Assembly (NCBI RefSeq): GCF_009827135.1
Contig: NZ_CP046534.1
Span: 600,001 to 632,000, forward strand
Source of the DNA: Blochmannia endosymbiont of Camponotus nipponensis
GTDB lineage: Bacteria > Pseudomonadota > Gammaproteobacteria > Enterobacterales > Enterobacteriaceae
DNA length: 32,000 bases
Direction: 5' to 3'
Shown here: in pieces, positions 11,920-20,213 of the stretch
Numbering within the stretch: the stretch's first letter is position 1
Layout of the letters: every line of letters starts with the position of its first letter
The notes under the pieces: generated by a model
Told to the model about the DNA's origin: nothing
Database searches by the model: none
The model's input: the letters and a program-made list of their open reading frames with translations, nothing else
Made by a program: the position numbers and the translations under genes

Positions 11920-14475
11920 ATGAACAATTTTGCTAAAGAGATCACACAAATCAACATAGAAGAAGAATTAACACATTCTTATTTAGATTATGCTATGTCA
12001 GTGATTGTTGGACGTGCATTACCAGATGTACGCGATGGTTTAAAACCTGTACATCGTCGTGTACTATTTGCTATGCAAGTGCTTGGTAATTATTGGAATA
12101 AAAATTATAAAAAATCAGCTAGAGTAGTGGGTGATGTTATTGGAAAATATCATCCTCATGGAGATGCTGCGGTATATGAAACTATAGTGCGTATGGCCCA
12201 ACCGTTTTTAATGCGTTATGTGTTGATAGATGGACAGGGTAATTTTGGGTCAGTGGATGGCGATCCAGCAGCAGCTATGCGTTATACTGAAGTACGTATG
12301 TCTAAAATGGCAAATGAATTGTTATTGGATTTGGATAAAGAAACTGTTGATTATGAGCTTAATTATGATGGTACTGAGAAGATTCCGGGAATATTGCCTG
12401 CCAGAATTCCAAATCTTTTAGTAAATGGTTCTTCTGGTATTGCTGTAGGAATGGCTACTAATATTCCCCCACACAATCTTTCTGAAGTAATTAATGGATG
12501 CTTAGCGTTTATAGATAATGAAGATATTACTGTTAGAGAATTAATGAAGTATATTCCAGGTCCAGATTTTCCTACTGCTGCTATTATTAATGATAGCAGT
12601 GGTCTTAAAGAAGCATATAATACTGGTCGAGGAAAAATCTATATTCGTGCTCGTGTGGAAATTGAAACTGATTCGAAAAGTAGCCGAGAATCTATTGTAA
12701 TATATGAAATTCCGTATCAAGTGAATAAAGCTAGATTATTAGAAAAGATTGCTGAATTGGCGAAATTAAAACGTATTGAAGGAATACATAATTTACGTGA
12801 TGAATCTGATAAAGATGGTATGCGAATAGTTATTGAAATTAAACGTGATGCTATTAGTGAGGTAGTTTTAAATAATTTGTATTCTTTAACTTCATTACAA
12901 ATTTCATTTGGCATTAATATGGTAGCTTTACATCAGGGGCAGCCAAAGATTATGTCCTTGAAAGATATTTTATCTGCTTTTGTGTGTCATCGTCGTGCAG
13001 TAGTAATACGTCGTGTTATGTTTGAATTAAAAAAAGCTCGTAGTCGTATTCATATCTTGGAGGGATTGGCTATAGCATTATTCAATATTGATTCGATTAT
13101 TGAACTTATTCGCCAATCTAATAGTTCTGTGGAAGCTAGTTCGGTTTTAATATCTTCATCGTGGAATGTAGGAAATATTCTTGATATGAGACAATCGACT
13201 TCTGTTAACTTTACTAAATATGAATGGTTAGAAATAAATAATACTATTCATAATAATCAATATTATCTTAATCAGGATCAGGTGCAAGCTATTTTGGATT
13301 TAAAATTACATAAACTTACTACTTTAGAATATAAAAAAATATTGCAAGAATATGGTAGTTTGTTAGAAAAAATAAAGAATTTAATTTCTATTTTGCAAGA
13401 TCCTAAATGTCTTATGAGAGTAATTCGTCAAGAATTACTGGTGATAAAAGAAGAATATAATGATCCTCGTCGCACTGAAATTAGTAGTAATGTTGCAAAT
13501 ATTAATGTTGAAAATTTAATTAATCAAAAAGATGTAGTAGTAACTTTATCGTATCAAGGTTATGTTAAATATCAACCATTAACAGATTATGAAGCACAAA
13601 AACGAGGAGGAAAAGGCAAGTTAGCAACACGAATTAAGGAAGAGGACGTTATTACTCAATTATTAGTAGCTAATACTCATGATACAGTTTTGTTATTTTC
13701 TAATTATGGGCGTATATATTGGATGAAGGTTTATCGATTACCAGAAACTAGTCGCGGGTCACGAGGCAAACCAATTATTAATCTTCTACCATTAGACGTA
13801 AATGAGCGAGTCACTGCTATTTTACCAATTCGGAATTATACAACAGGGCATCAAGTATTTATGGCAACTAGTAGTGGAGTGGTAAAAAAAACGCCACTTA
13901 CGGAGTTTAGTCGACCACGTAATGTTGGTATTATTGCGTTGAATCTTAATGTTGGGGATGAATTGATTGGAGCTGATATAACTGATGGTAGTAATGAAGT
14001 AATGTTATTTACTGCTTATGGAAAAGTTGTGAGATTTGAAGAAATGCAGGTACGTAGTGTGGGGCGTTCAGCAATTGGTGTAAAAGGTATTCGTTTGTTA
14101 CAGGGTGACCGTGTAGTATCTTTAATTATACCGAAGAAAGATAAGAGTTCTATTCTTACTGTTACTCAGAATGGTTTTGGAAAATGTACTAATCAATCAG
14201 AATATCCCATTAAGTCACGTGCTACTCAAGGAGTGATTTCTATTAAAGTTACTGAGAGAAATGGTAATGTGGTGGGTGCTGTGCAAGTGAATAAATCCGA
14301 TCAAATAGTAATGATCACTGATTTAGGTCGATTAGTTCGTATTCGTGTTTCTGAGGTCAATGTTATTAGACGAAATACTCAAGGAGTGATGTTGATTCGT
14401 ACCGCATATGATGAACGTGTAGTTGGATTGCAGCGTGTTGCAGAGTCAGTAGATAATGGAAATCGTTTTATTTAA
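11920..14475 (+). CDS. gyrA: DNA gyrase subunit A
   Basis: The ORF track starts at 11899. ATG 11920 ([47 protein letters not shown]) aligns without gaps to the E. coli GyrA N-terminus (MSDLAREITPVNIEEEL...), and GAGGA at 11906-11910 is a well-spaced Shine-Dalgarno. This gives 851 aa. Confidence 0.97.
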   Translation: MNNFAKEITQINIEEELTHSYLDYAMSVIVGRALPDVRDGLKPVHRRVLFAMQVLGNYWNKNYKKSARVVGDVIGKYHPHGDAAVYETIVRMAQPFLMRYVLIDGQGNFGSVDGDPAAAMRYTEVRMSKMANELLLDLDKETVDYELNYDGTEKIPGILPARIPNLLVNGSSGIAVGMATNIPPHNLSEVINGCLAFIDNEDITVRELMKYIPGPDFPTAAIINDSSGLKEAYNTGRGKIYIRARVEIETDSKSSRESIVIYEIPYQVNKARLLEKIAELAKLKRIEGIHNLRDESDKDGMRIVIEIKRDAISEVVLNNLYSLTSLQISFGINMVALHQGQPKIMSLKDILSAFVCHRRAVVIRRVMFELKKARSRIHILEGLAIALFNIDSIIELIRQSNSSVEASSVLISSSWNVGNILDMRQSTSVNFTKYEWLEINNTIHNNQYYLNQDQVQAILDLKLHKLTTLEYKKILQEYGSLLEKIKNLISILQDPKCLMRVIRQELLVIKEEYNDPRRTEISSNVANINVENLINQKDVVVTLSYQGYVKYQPLTDYEAQKRGGKGKLATRIKEEDVITQLLVANTHDTVLLFSNYGRIYWMKVYRLPETSRGSRGKPIINLLPLDVNERVTAILPIRNYTTGHQVFMATSSGVVKKTPLTEFSRPRNVGIIALNLNVGDELIGADITDGSNEVMLFTAYGKVVRFEEMQVRSVGRSAIGVKGIRLLQGDRVVSLIIPKKDKSSILTVTQNGFGKCTNQSEYPIKSRATQGVISIKVTERNGNVVGAVQVNKSDQIVMITDLGRLVRIRVSEVNVIRRNTQGVMLIRTAYDERVVGLQRVAESVDNGNRFI

Positions 14476-15120
14476 TTTAAGCAGCATCCTAAAATATTTT
14501 TTTATTATTTATTGATGTTAATCACAAAATATGTGAAATAATGTGGATTTCTTCTATGAGATTAATATTGCAAATGATTTATTTATTCATGTGTTATATA
14601 TACTGATGTATAGTGATTTTTTTGTAACATAGAAACCGTTTTTGATTAATATATTTGTGAATATTTTATTGAGAGTGGCAGTAATTGAAATTGAGGCAGT
14701 ATAAAAAGCATATAATTTATATTATGAGAGAATCATTTTGTTATTCATGTTGAATATAATGATTAGACATAATATGATATTTAGTGGTAGGGTTTGTTGG
14801 AAATATTATTAATATTTACATAAGACATTTTTCATGTATGAAACAAAAATAATACTTAGTAGAGATATGATATGAGTATATTTGTTTATTTTGTGTATTA
14901 TAATTAGTTTTTATATGTATCATTAAATGTGATTTTTTAAAAATTGTATTTTATTTGATATTTTGATGTAGTTAGCAGTATAAGTATATTAGATGGTTTG
15001 ATATGTAATATTTGGGAATAGATGTTGGTGTATTATGTTGATTGTTAGAGCAAAAAGTTAGTATTAGATTTTTTTACTGAATTTTTAATAGTATTATTTA
15101 CTGTATCGTGAGGTATGAAT

Positions 15121-16242
15121 ATGAAATTACGGTGTTTTACTAGCCTGGTTGCAACTATGGTGATGGCAAGTACTGCCGGTGCTTCTGAGATTTATAATAA
15201 AGATGGCAATACGTTAAGTGTGTTCGGTAGTTTAGTAGGAGGACATTATTTTTCTAGAGACAATACTAAAAATGGTGATAATTCATTTGTAAGATATGGT
15301 TTTTCTGGAAAAACATACATTAATGATAAAATTGTTGGGTTTGGTTTATGGGAGCATGAAATTTCATTGAAAAATGTTGAAGGAAATAATATCAACAACA
15401 ATGATAAGGTATTGCTTGGTTATGCAGGAATAAAATTTGGAAATTTTGGAAGTATTGATTATGGACGAAATTATGGGATATTGTATGATGTGGGGTCATG
15501 GACGGATGTGATACCAGGATTTGGTGGAGATATATCGCTTGTAGATAATTTTTTATCGAATCGTAGTTCGAAAGTGATTACATATCGTAATAAAAATCTT
15601 TTTGGTTACCTAAATGGTTTAGATTTTGCTTTACAATATCAGGGTAAAAATGATGTTAATAAATTAACAGGTCGTACTTTAAAAACTGCTAATGGTGAAG
15701 GATATGGAGTATCTGCATCTTATTCATTAAATAATGGGTTGGCTGCATCTGTAGCATATGTTAATAACAAACGCACTGCTGAACAAAGTAGTTTAGATAG
15801 TAGTGTTTGCTATGATGATAATGTTGAAGCGTATTCCTTGGGAATAAAATATGACGGGAAAGGTATGTATGTAGCAGCTGTTTATGGAGAGACTTATAAT
15901 ATGACTCCATTTGGTAGTTTTTGTGATAATATTGTCAATCCAGAGCGTATTTATGGATTTGCTAATAAAGCTAAGAATGTTGAATTAGTAGCCCAGTATC
16001 AATTTGATTTTGGGTTACGTCCTTCTGTTTCTTATTTGTATTCAAAAGCTAGTGACGTAGAAAATGGTTATAGTAATTTTTTAAAAAAATGTGTTACAGT
16101 TGGAGCTAGTTACATTTTTGATAAAAACATTTATGCTACTATGGATTATAGAATTAATTTATTAAATAAGGATAGTTTTACTAATGCATCTCAGATTTGT
16201 ACCGATGATGTTATTGCGTTAGGTATAGCATATATATTTTAA
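15121..16242 (+). CDS. ompC: General diffusion porin, OmpC/OmpF family
   Basis: Signal peptide MKLRCFTSLVATMVMASTAGA|SEIYNKDGN (E. coli OmpC has ...ANA|AEVYNKDGN). It also has SIDYGRNYGILYDVGSWTDVIPGFGGD, QYQFDFGLRPSVSY and the C-terminal ...ALGIAYIF. ATG 15121 is preferred over 15115 because GAGG at 15110-15113 sits 7 nt upstream of it. The ompC symbol rests on map position (between gyrA and proL as in E. coli) and sequence similarity. ompF cannot be excluded. Confidence 0.9.
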   Translation: MKLRCFTSLVATMVMASTAGASEIYNKDGNTLSVFGSLVGGHYFSRDNTKNGDNSFVRYGFSGKTYINDKIVGFGLWEHEISLKNVEGNNINNNDKVLLGYAGIKFGNFGSIDYGRNYGILYDVGSWTDVIPGFGGDISLVDNFLSNRSSKVITYRNKNLFGYLNGLDFALQYQGKNDVNKLTGRTLKTANGEGYGVSASYSLNNGLAASVAYVNNKRTAEQSSLDSSVCYDDNVEAYSLGIKYDGKGMYVAAVYGETYNMTPFGSFCDNIVNPERIYGFANKAKNVELVAQYQFDFGLRPSVSYLYSKASDVENGYSNFLKKCVTVGASYIFDKNIYATMDYRINLLNKDSFTNASQICTDDVIALGIAYIF

Positions 16243-16330
16243 TGGTTCAGCGTTACGCACTTAAAACAAAGGCGAATTTATGAATTCGCCTTTGTTTTAA
16301 GTGCGTAACGCTGAACCATTAAAATATATA
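16231..16330. repeat. Perfect inverted repeat with 48-bp arms (16231..16278 and 16283..16330) and a 4-nt centre TATG
   Basis: I reverse-complemented the left arm TATATATTTTAATGGTTCAGCGTTACGCACTTAAAACAAAGGCGAATT by hand, and it equals the right arm at all 48 positions. Pairing stops at 16230/16331. The left arm contains the last four porin codons, including the stop (16231..16242). Confidence 0.97.
16263..16298 (+). terminator. Probable bidirectional intrinsic terminator at the core of the palindrome
   Basis: AAAACAAA-GGCGAATT-TATG-AATTCGCC-TTTGTTTT. This is a comparatively GC-rich 8-bp stem and tetraloop, followed by a T-rich run on the + strand and mirrored by an A-run upstream. It starts 21 nt after the porin stop. 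Confidence 0.6.
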
Positions 16331-16351
16331 CATATCAGGGAATACAGTATT

Positions 16352-17485
16352 ATGTCTAAATTGTGTGTTGGTATTATTTGTGGGGGTCGTTCTTTGGAAC
16401 ATGAGATTTCATTGAAATCAGCTATGTGTATTGCAGAGTCTATTGATAAATATCAATTCGAAGTAATGATTTTATGGATAGATAAAAAAGGATATTGGCA
16501 TCTAAAAAACATAAACTCTAATGTTGTATCATATTATAAAAACGATACATATATTTCTGTTTTATTGAAAAATTATCCTCATCGATTTGCACTTAATATT
16601 GATAATGTAAACATTTTGTTAAAATTTGATGTTATTTTTCCTGTAATTCATGGAACATTAGGAGAGGATGGTGCTTTACAGGGTTTATTATGCATGATGA
16701 ATGTGCCATTTGTTGGTTCTAATATTTTGAGTTCATCTGTAGGTATGGATAAAGACGTGTCTAAACGTTTATTACGTGATGCAGGTTTATCAGTAGTACC
16801 ATTTAAAACTTTTTTAATTCATGATAAAAAAAACATAGATTTTGATAGTCTTGTTTCTACTTTTGGATTACCTTTTTTTGTGAAGCCAGTGAATCAAGGG
16901 TCGTCAATAGGAGTATCAAAAGTTACTAACTATAACAATTTTAATCAAGCATTAATAACAGCTTTTTCTTTTAGTTGTAAAATATTGATAGAACCAGCTA
17001 TTATTGGAAGGGAATTGGAGTGCGCAGTATTAGGAAATGATAATCCAGCAATTAGTGTATGTGGTGAAATTATATTGTCAAATGACAGTTTTTATACTTA
17101 TTGTGATAAATATGTAAAGCGTAAAGTGCAGATTGTGGTACCTGCTTTAATCAATGATGCAATAAGTGATGAGATTCGCTGTATTACTTTACGTGCGTTT
17201 CAAGTGTTAAATTGTTCTGGAATGGCACGAGTAGATGTTTTTTTAACTATGGATAATCAGATTTTTATCAATGAAGTAAATACATTGCCTGGATTTACGA
17301 ATGATAGTATGTACCCAAAATTGTGGAAGGCTACTGGATTAAATTTGAGAGCACTAATTACAAAATTAATAGAATTAGCATTAGATCTGCATTATAAAAA
17401 TAATTATTTTTATAATGCAGATAGTGATGTATTAAATATTTTCGGCATGAGAGGATTTGAACCTCCGACCTCCGCCACCCCATGA
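16352..17485 (+). CDS. ddlA: D-alanine--D-alanine ligase A
   Basis: From ATG 16352, [24 protein letters not shown]... aligns with E. coli DdlA [24 protein letters not shown].... Conserved motifs are [46 protein letters not shown] and [16 protein letters not shown]. The 17 codons before 16352 in the ORF track are the right arm of the palindrome and are not coding. The 3' end runs about 20 codons past the expected C-terminus, into the tRNA-Pro gene. Confidence 0.93.
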   Translation: MSKLCVGIICGGRSLEHEISLKSAMCIAESIDKYQFEVMILWIDKKGYWHLKNINSNVVSYYKNDTYISVLLKNYPHRFALNIDNVNILLKFDVIFPVIHGTLGEDGALQGLLCMMNVPFVGSNILSSSVGMDKDVSKRLLRDAGLSVVPFKTFLIHDKKNIDFDSLVSTFGLPFFVKPVNQGSSIGVSKVTNYNNFNQALITAFSFSCKILIEPAIIGRELECAVLGNDNPAISVCGEIILSNDSFYTYCDKYVKRKVQIVVPALINDAISDEIRCITLRAFQVLNCSGMARVDVFLTMDNQIFINEVNTLPGFTNDSMYPKLWKATGLNLRALITKLIELALDLHYKNNYFYNADSDVLNIFGMRGFEPPTSATP

Positions 17486-17515
17486 CGGTGCGCTACCAAA
17501 CTACGCTACATGCCG
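17442..17515 (-). tRNA. proL: tRNA-Pro, anticodon GGG, with no genomically encoded CCA
   Basis: The reverse complement folds as a cloverleaf: CGGCATG TA GCGT AGTTTGGTA GCGC A CCGTC ATGGGGT GGCGG AGGTC GGAGG TTCAAAT CCTCT CATGCCG A (74 nt). It is nearly identical to the E. coli tRNA-Pro sequence as I recall it. The anticodon loop is AU-GGG-GU. The bases after the discriminator A are AAT, not CCA. Confidence 0.93.
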
Positions 17516-17525
17516 TTTTAGATGT

Positions 17526-17531
17526 ATTATA
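17526..17531 (-). promoter_or_regulatory. Candidate -10 hexamer for tRNA-Pro
   Basis: A perfect TATAAT on the minus strand ends 10 nt upstream of the mature tRNA 5' end. No convincing -35 is present. In DNA this AT-rich, TATAAT is expected by chance, so support is weak. Confidence 0.3.
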
Positions 17532-17891
17532 AAAAATTGCAGAAATTTTATTTTTTAGCACACTATATATTTTGCACACTACTTTGTGAATATGGTTTTT
17601 AAAATTTTTAGTAACCACAATGATAATAAAAACTTTTATGTGTGTATATGTATGTATAAAATACTATATGTGTTGGTCATTTCATTATATTATGAATTAT
17701 AAATATATGTATTAGATATATGAATATCATTAGTTACTAGATATTGTCTTATGATATGATTAATGTGCATTAAAAAGCTGATTATATTATTTCTTATTTT
17801 TCGCTGTGGTAAAAAAAAGAATATATTATTCCTACATTGTCAAGTCAAATACTTGTATAGTTAAATTTTATTTATAGAATCAATAACTTCT

Positions 17892-18188
17892 TCAAACACG
17901 TGCAAAATCAATATGAATTAATTTGGGCTTGAAGGGATGATACTGTATTTCTTGCACTTTAACTTCAATAGTTTGTTTATATTCTTCAATAAATAATAAA
18001 ATAATGTTATTTTTATATAGTTGTGTTTTGATATCAGGGTGTAACATATTGTTTTGATTTAACATTATAGATATATTCGGTTCATCACCTTTACTGTAGA
18101 TAATAGCTGGACATTTGTTTTGTTTACGTAGTCTTCTTGTTGCGCTTTTTTTTTTATAAACACGCAAATTAGTTTTTATTGTTAACAT
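17892..18188 (-). CDS. rplY: 50S ribosomal protein L25
   Basis: 98-aa ORF. MLTIKTNLRVYKKKSATRRLRKQNKCPAIIYSKG...QYHPFKPKLIHIDFARV matches E. coli L25 ([33 protein letters not shown]...QRHPYKPKLQHIDFVRA). Confidence 0.95.
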   Translation of the reverse strand: MLTIKTNLRVYKKKSATRRLRKQNKCPAIIYSKGDEPNISIMLNQNNMLHPDIKTQLYKNNIILLFIEEYKQTIEVKVQEIQYHPFKPKLIHIDFARV

Positions 18189-18489
18189 TACTGTAAGACC
18201 TATTGTAAATTTCGTTAGAATTCAATAATAGTCATGATAATAGTTATCAATGGTAACGTAACGTTAAAATTGATAATGTGACGCAATACAGGTAACTTTC
18301 TACAATTACATGTTATATTCAAAGTAACTATTTGGTAATTTTTATATGAAATATACTAGTAGTTAATATCTGTAACTACTATAGATGGTTTTTAAATTGA
18401 CATTTATTATCTTATTAAACTCACCAATATATTATACTTTTTTTACACTAAATATGTCAATATGTATTTTATAAAAAAACGATGGTTTT

Positions 18490-18533
18490 ATAAATCATTA
18501 AAATTATAAAGTATTACAATTTTAATGATTTAT
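18490..18533. repeat. 16-bp perfect inverted repeat with a 12-nt spacer in the rplY-folE spacer
   Basis: ATAAATCATTAAAATT (18490..18505) and AATTTTAATGATTTAT (18518..18533) are exact reverse complements, checked by hand. The stem is almost pure A/T, and its function is unknown. Confidence 0.8.
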
Positions 18534-19097
18534 TTAATCTTAAATAATGTTTAGTAATATAAAATAGGTTTTAGAATATCTATAATAGTATAGATAATCT
18601 ACGATAATTTAGTTAATTTTTAATATTTTAATTGTTGTTTATAATATTTATACTTTATAAGTATTTTTATCATAAATTACAGATAATAATAATGAAATAT
18701 ATTAAAAATAAGTAAATGAATTTCATTTCATTTCATGTAATTAACGATATATATAATTTTATATAAAATAAAAATTCCGTTTAAGTGTATGGATATATTG
18801 ATATTTAAATAATAAAAATATGTAATTTTTGATGTATTTTTATAATTTTTAGTATTTATGCAATAAAATACGGAAATATTTTTAATGCGTAGGTGGTTTA
18901 ATGAAAAAAAATAGTTTCATACGTAAAAGTTAGAGAATTTAAAAATCACTATATTTGAGTATAGGTTTGATAATTATCAAATATGAGCTGTTGCTTATAT
19001 AGTGTACACTCAATTTAATTGGATTGTTTTAATTTTATTTTAAGTACGTTATATTACACTGAAAAGTTTCTTGAATACCCTTTTCAGAGAAAATTAT

Positions 19098-19763
19098 ATG
19101 AGTATCTTGACGCAAGAAGCGATGTTGGTACGTGATGCTTTATCAGTGAGGGGTTTAGAAAATCCACTGATTAGATTGAATATTAATCATCAAACACGTA
19201 AGCGTCGTATTGAAGATCATATGAGAGCTATTGTACATCTTCTTAATTTAGATTTAAAACATGATAGTTTATTAAATACGCCTAAACGCATAGCTACGAT
19301 GTATATAGAAGAAATTTTCTCAGGTTTAGATTATTCAAATTTTCCTAAAATTGCGGTTATTCAAAATACAATGAAAATCAATGAGATGATTACAGTGCGA
19401 GGAATTAATATTACTAGCACCTGTGAACATCATTTTATTGTTTTTAACGGTAAAGTTACTATTTCTTATATTCCAGAAAAAAATGTGATTGGTTTATCGA
19501 AGATAAATAGAATAGTGCAGTTTTTTTCTAAAAGACCACAATTACAAGAGCGATTGACAAAACAGATTTTTTTAGCATTACAAACATTACTTAATACAAA
19601 TAATGTGGCAATTTTTATTGATGCAGTACATTATTGTGTAAAAGCTAGAGGTATACATGATGTTAGTAGTTCTACCACTACTACTGCATTAGGAGGTTTG
19701 TTTGAGTCTAATACAAATACTCGAAAAGAGTTTTTCCATGCGATTATGTATTGTAATAATTGA
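19098..19763 (+). CDS. folE: GTP cyclohydrolase I
   Basis: The ORF track starts at a TTG (19071). ATG 19098 ([24 protein letters not shown]) aligns with E. coli FolE ([24 protein letters not shown]). Conserved motifs are [32 protein letters not shown] and [12 protein letters not shown]. Confidence 0.95.
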   Translation: MSILTQEAMLVRDALSVRGLENPLIRLNINHQTRKRRIEDHMRAIVHLLNLDLKHDSLLNTPKRIATMYIEEIFSGLDYSNFPKIAVIQNTMKINEMITVRGINITSTCEHHFIVFNGKVTISYIPEKNVIGLSKINRIVQFFSKRPQLQERLTKQIFLALQTLLNTNNVAIFIDAVHYCVKARGIHDVSSSTTTTALGGLFESNTNTRKEFFHAIMYCNN

Positions 19764-20213
19764 ATTATGTTAATATTACACGTTTTATAAATATGAGATC
19801 TTTATAAGATACTGCAAATACAATTATGTTATGTATCAATGTATTAGAGCACTATAATATAGAAAATAATGCATCACATACTTTAATATGTAAAAGACAT
19901 TATTTTTATGCGTATATGTGTTTATGTTATTTAAAGTTTCGTGTATAACGTAAAAATTATGATAATATATGCATATATATATCTATAGATTATTTTATAA
20001 AAAAATATGGGTCAATTTTTGGAATGGTTGATGCTTAAAGTAAAAGATATCTATTGTTAATATCGTTTAATTTTTTTTTATGATCAATGTATGTATGAAT
20101 TGATTATAAAATAAGGGATGGTATTGAATGATTGTATTATTTTGAGTTTACGTGTTTGTATTTAATCAGGATATATGTGTTATGTATATGGGGTGTATAT
20201 TTATATAAGACAT

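Noticed and set aside
11343-12914. ORFs 11343..11525 (+, antisense to ubiG), 12230..12421 (+, alternative frame of gyrA) and 12717..12914 (-, antisense to gyrA).
   Set aside because: They are short and sit entirely within strongly supported genes, with no independent signal. They are typical chance open frames.
14615-14850. OmpR-box-like sequences upstream of the porin: TGTAACATAGAAACC near 14624..14638, and TTTACATAAGACAT...TGAAACA at 14815..14845.
   Set aside because: They resemble the TTTACATTTTGAAACATCTA type site, but they lie 280-500 nt upstream of the start codon. Characterised ompC sites are much closer. Such A/T-rich half-sites are expected by chance in this composition. I also cannot tell whether the genome encodes OmpR.
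16301-16351. The N-terminal 17 codons ([17 protein letters not shown]) of ORF-track entry 16301..17485.
   Set aside because: This stretch is simply the right arm of the 48-bp palindrome read in frame. Similarity to DdlA starts at ATG 16352.
17811-17831. A possible rplY intrinsic terminator on the minus strand: GAATA-ATA-TATTC (17819..17831) followed by T8 (17811..17818 as A8 on the + strand).
   Set aside because: The stem is only 5 bp with one G:C pair and is far too weak to call. The T8 run alone is common here. It might still function, but the sequence does not support a call.
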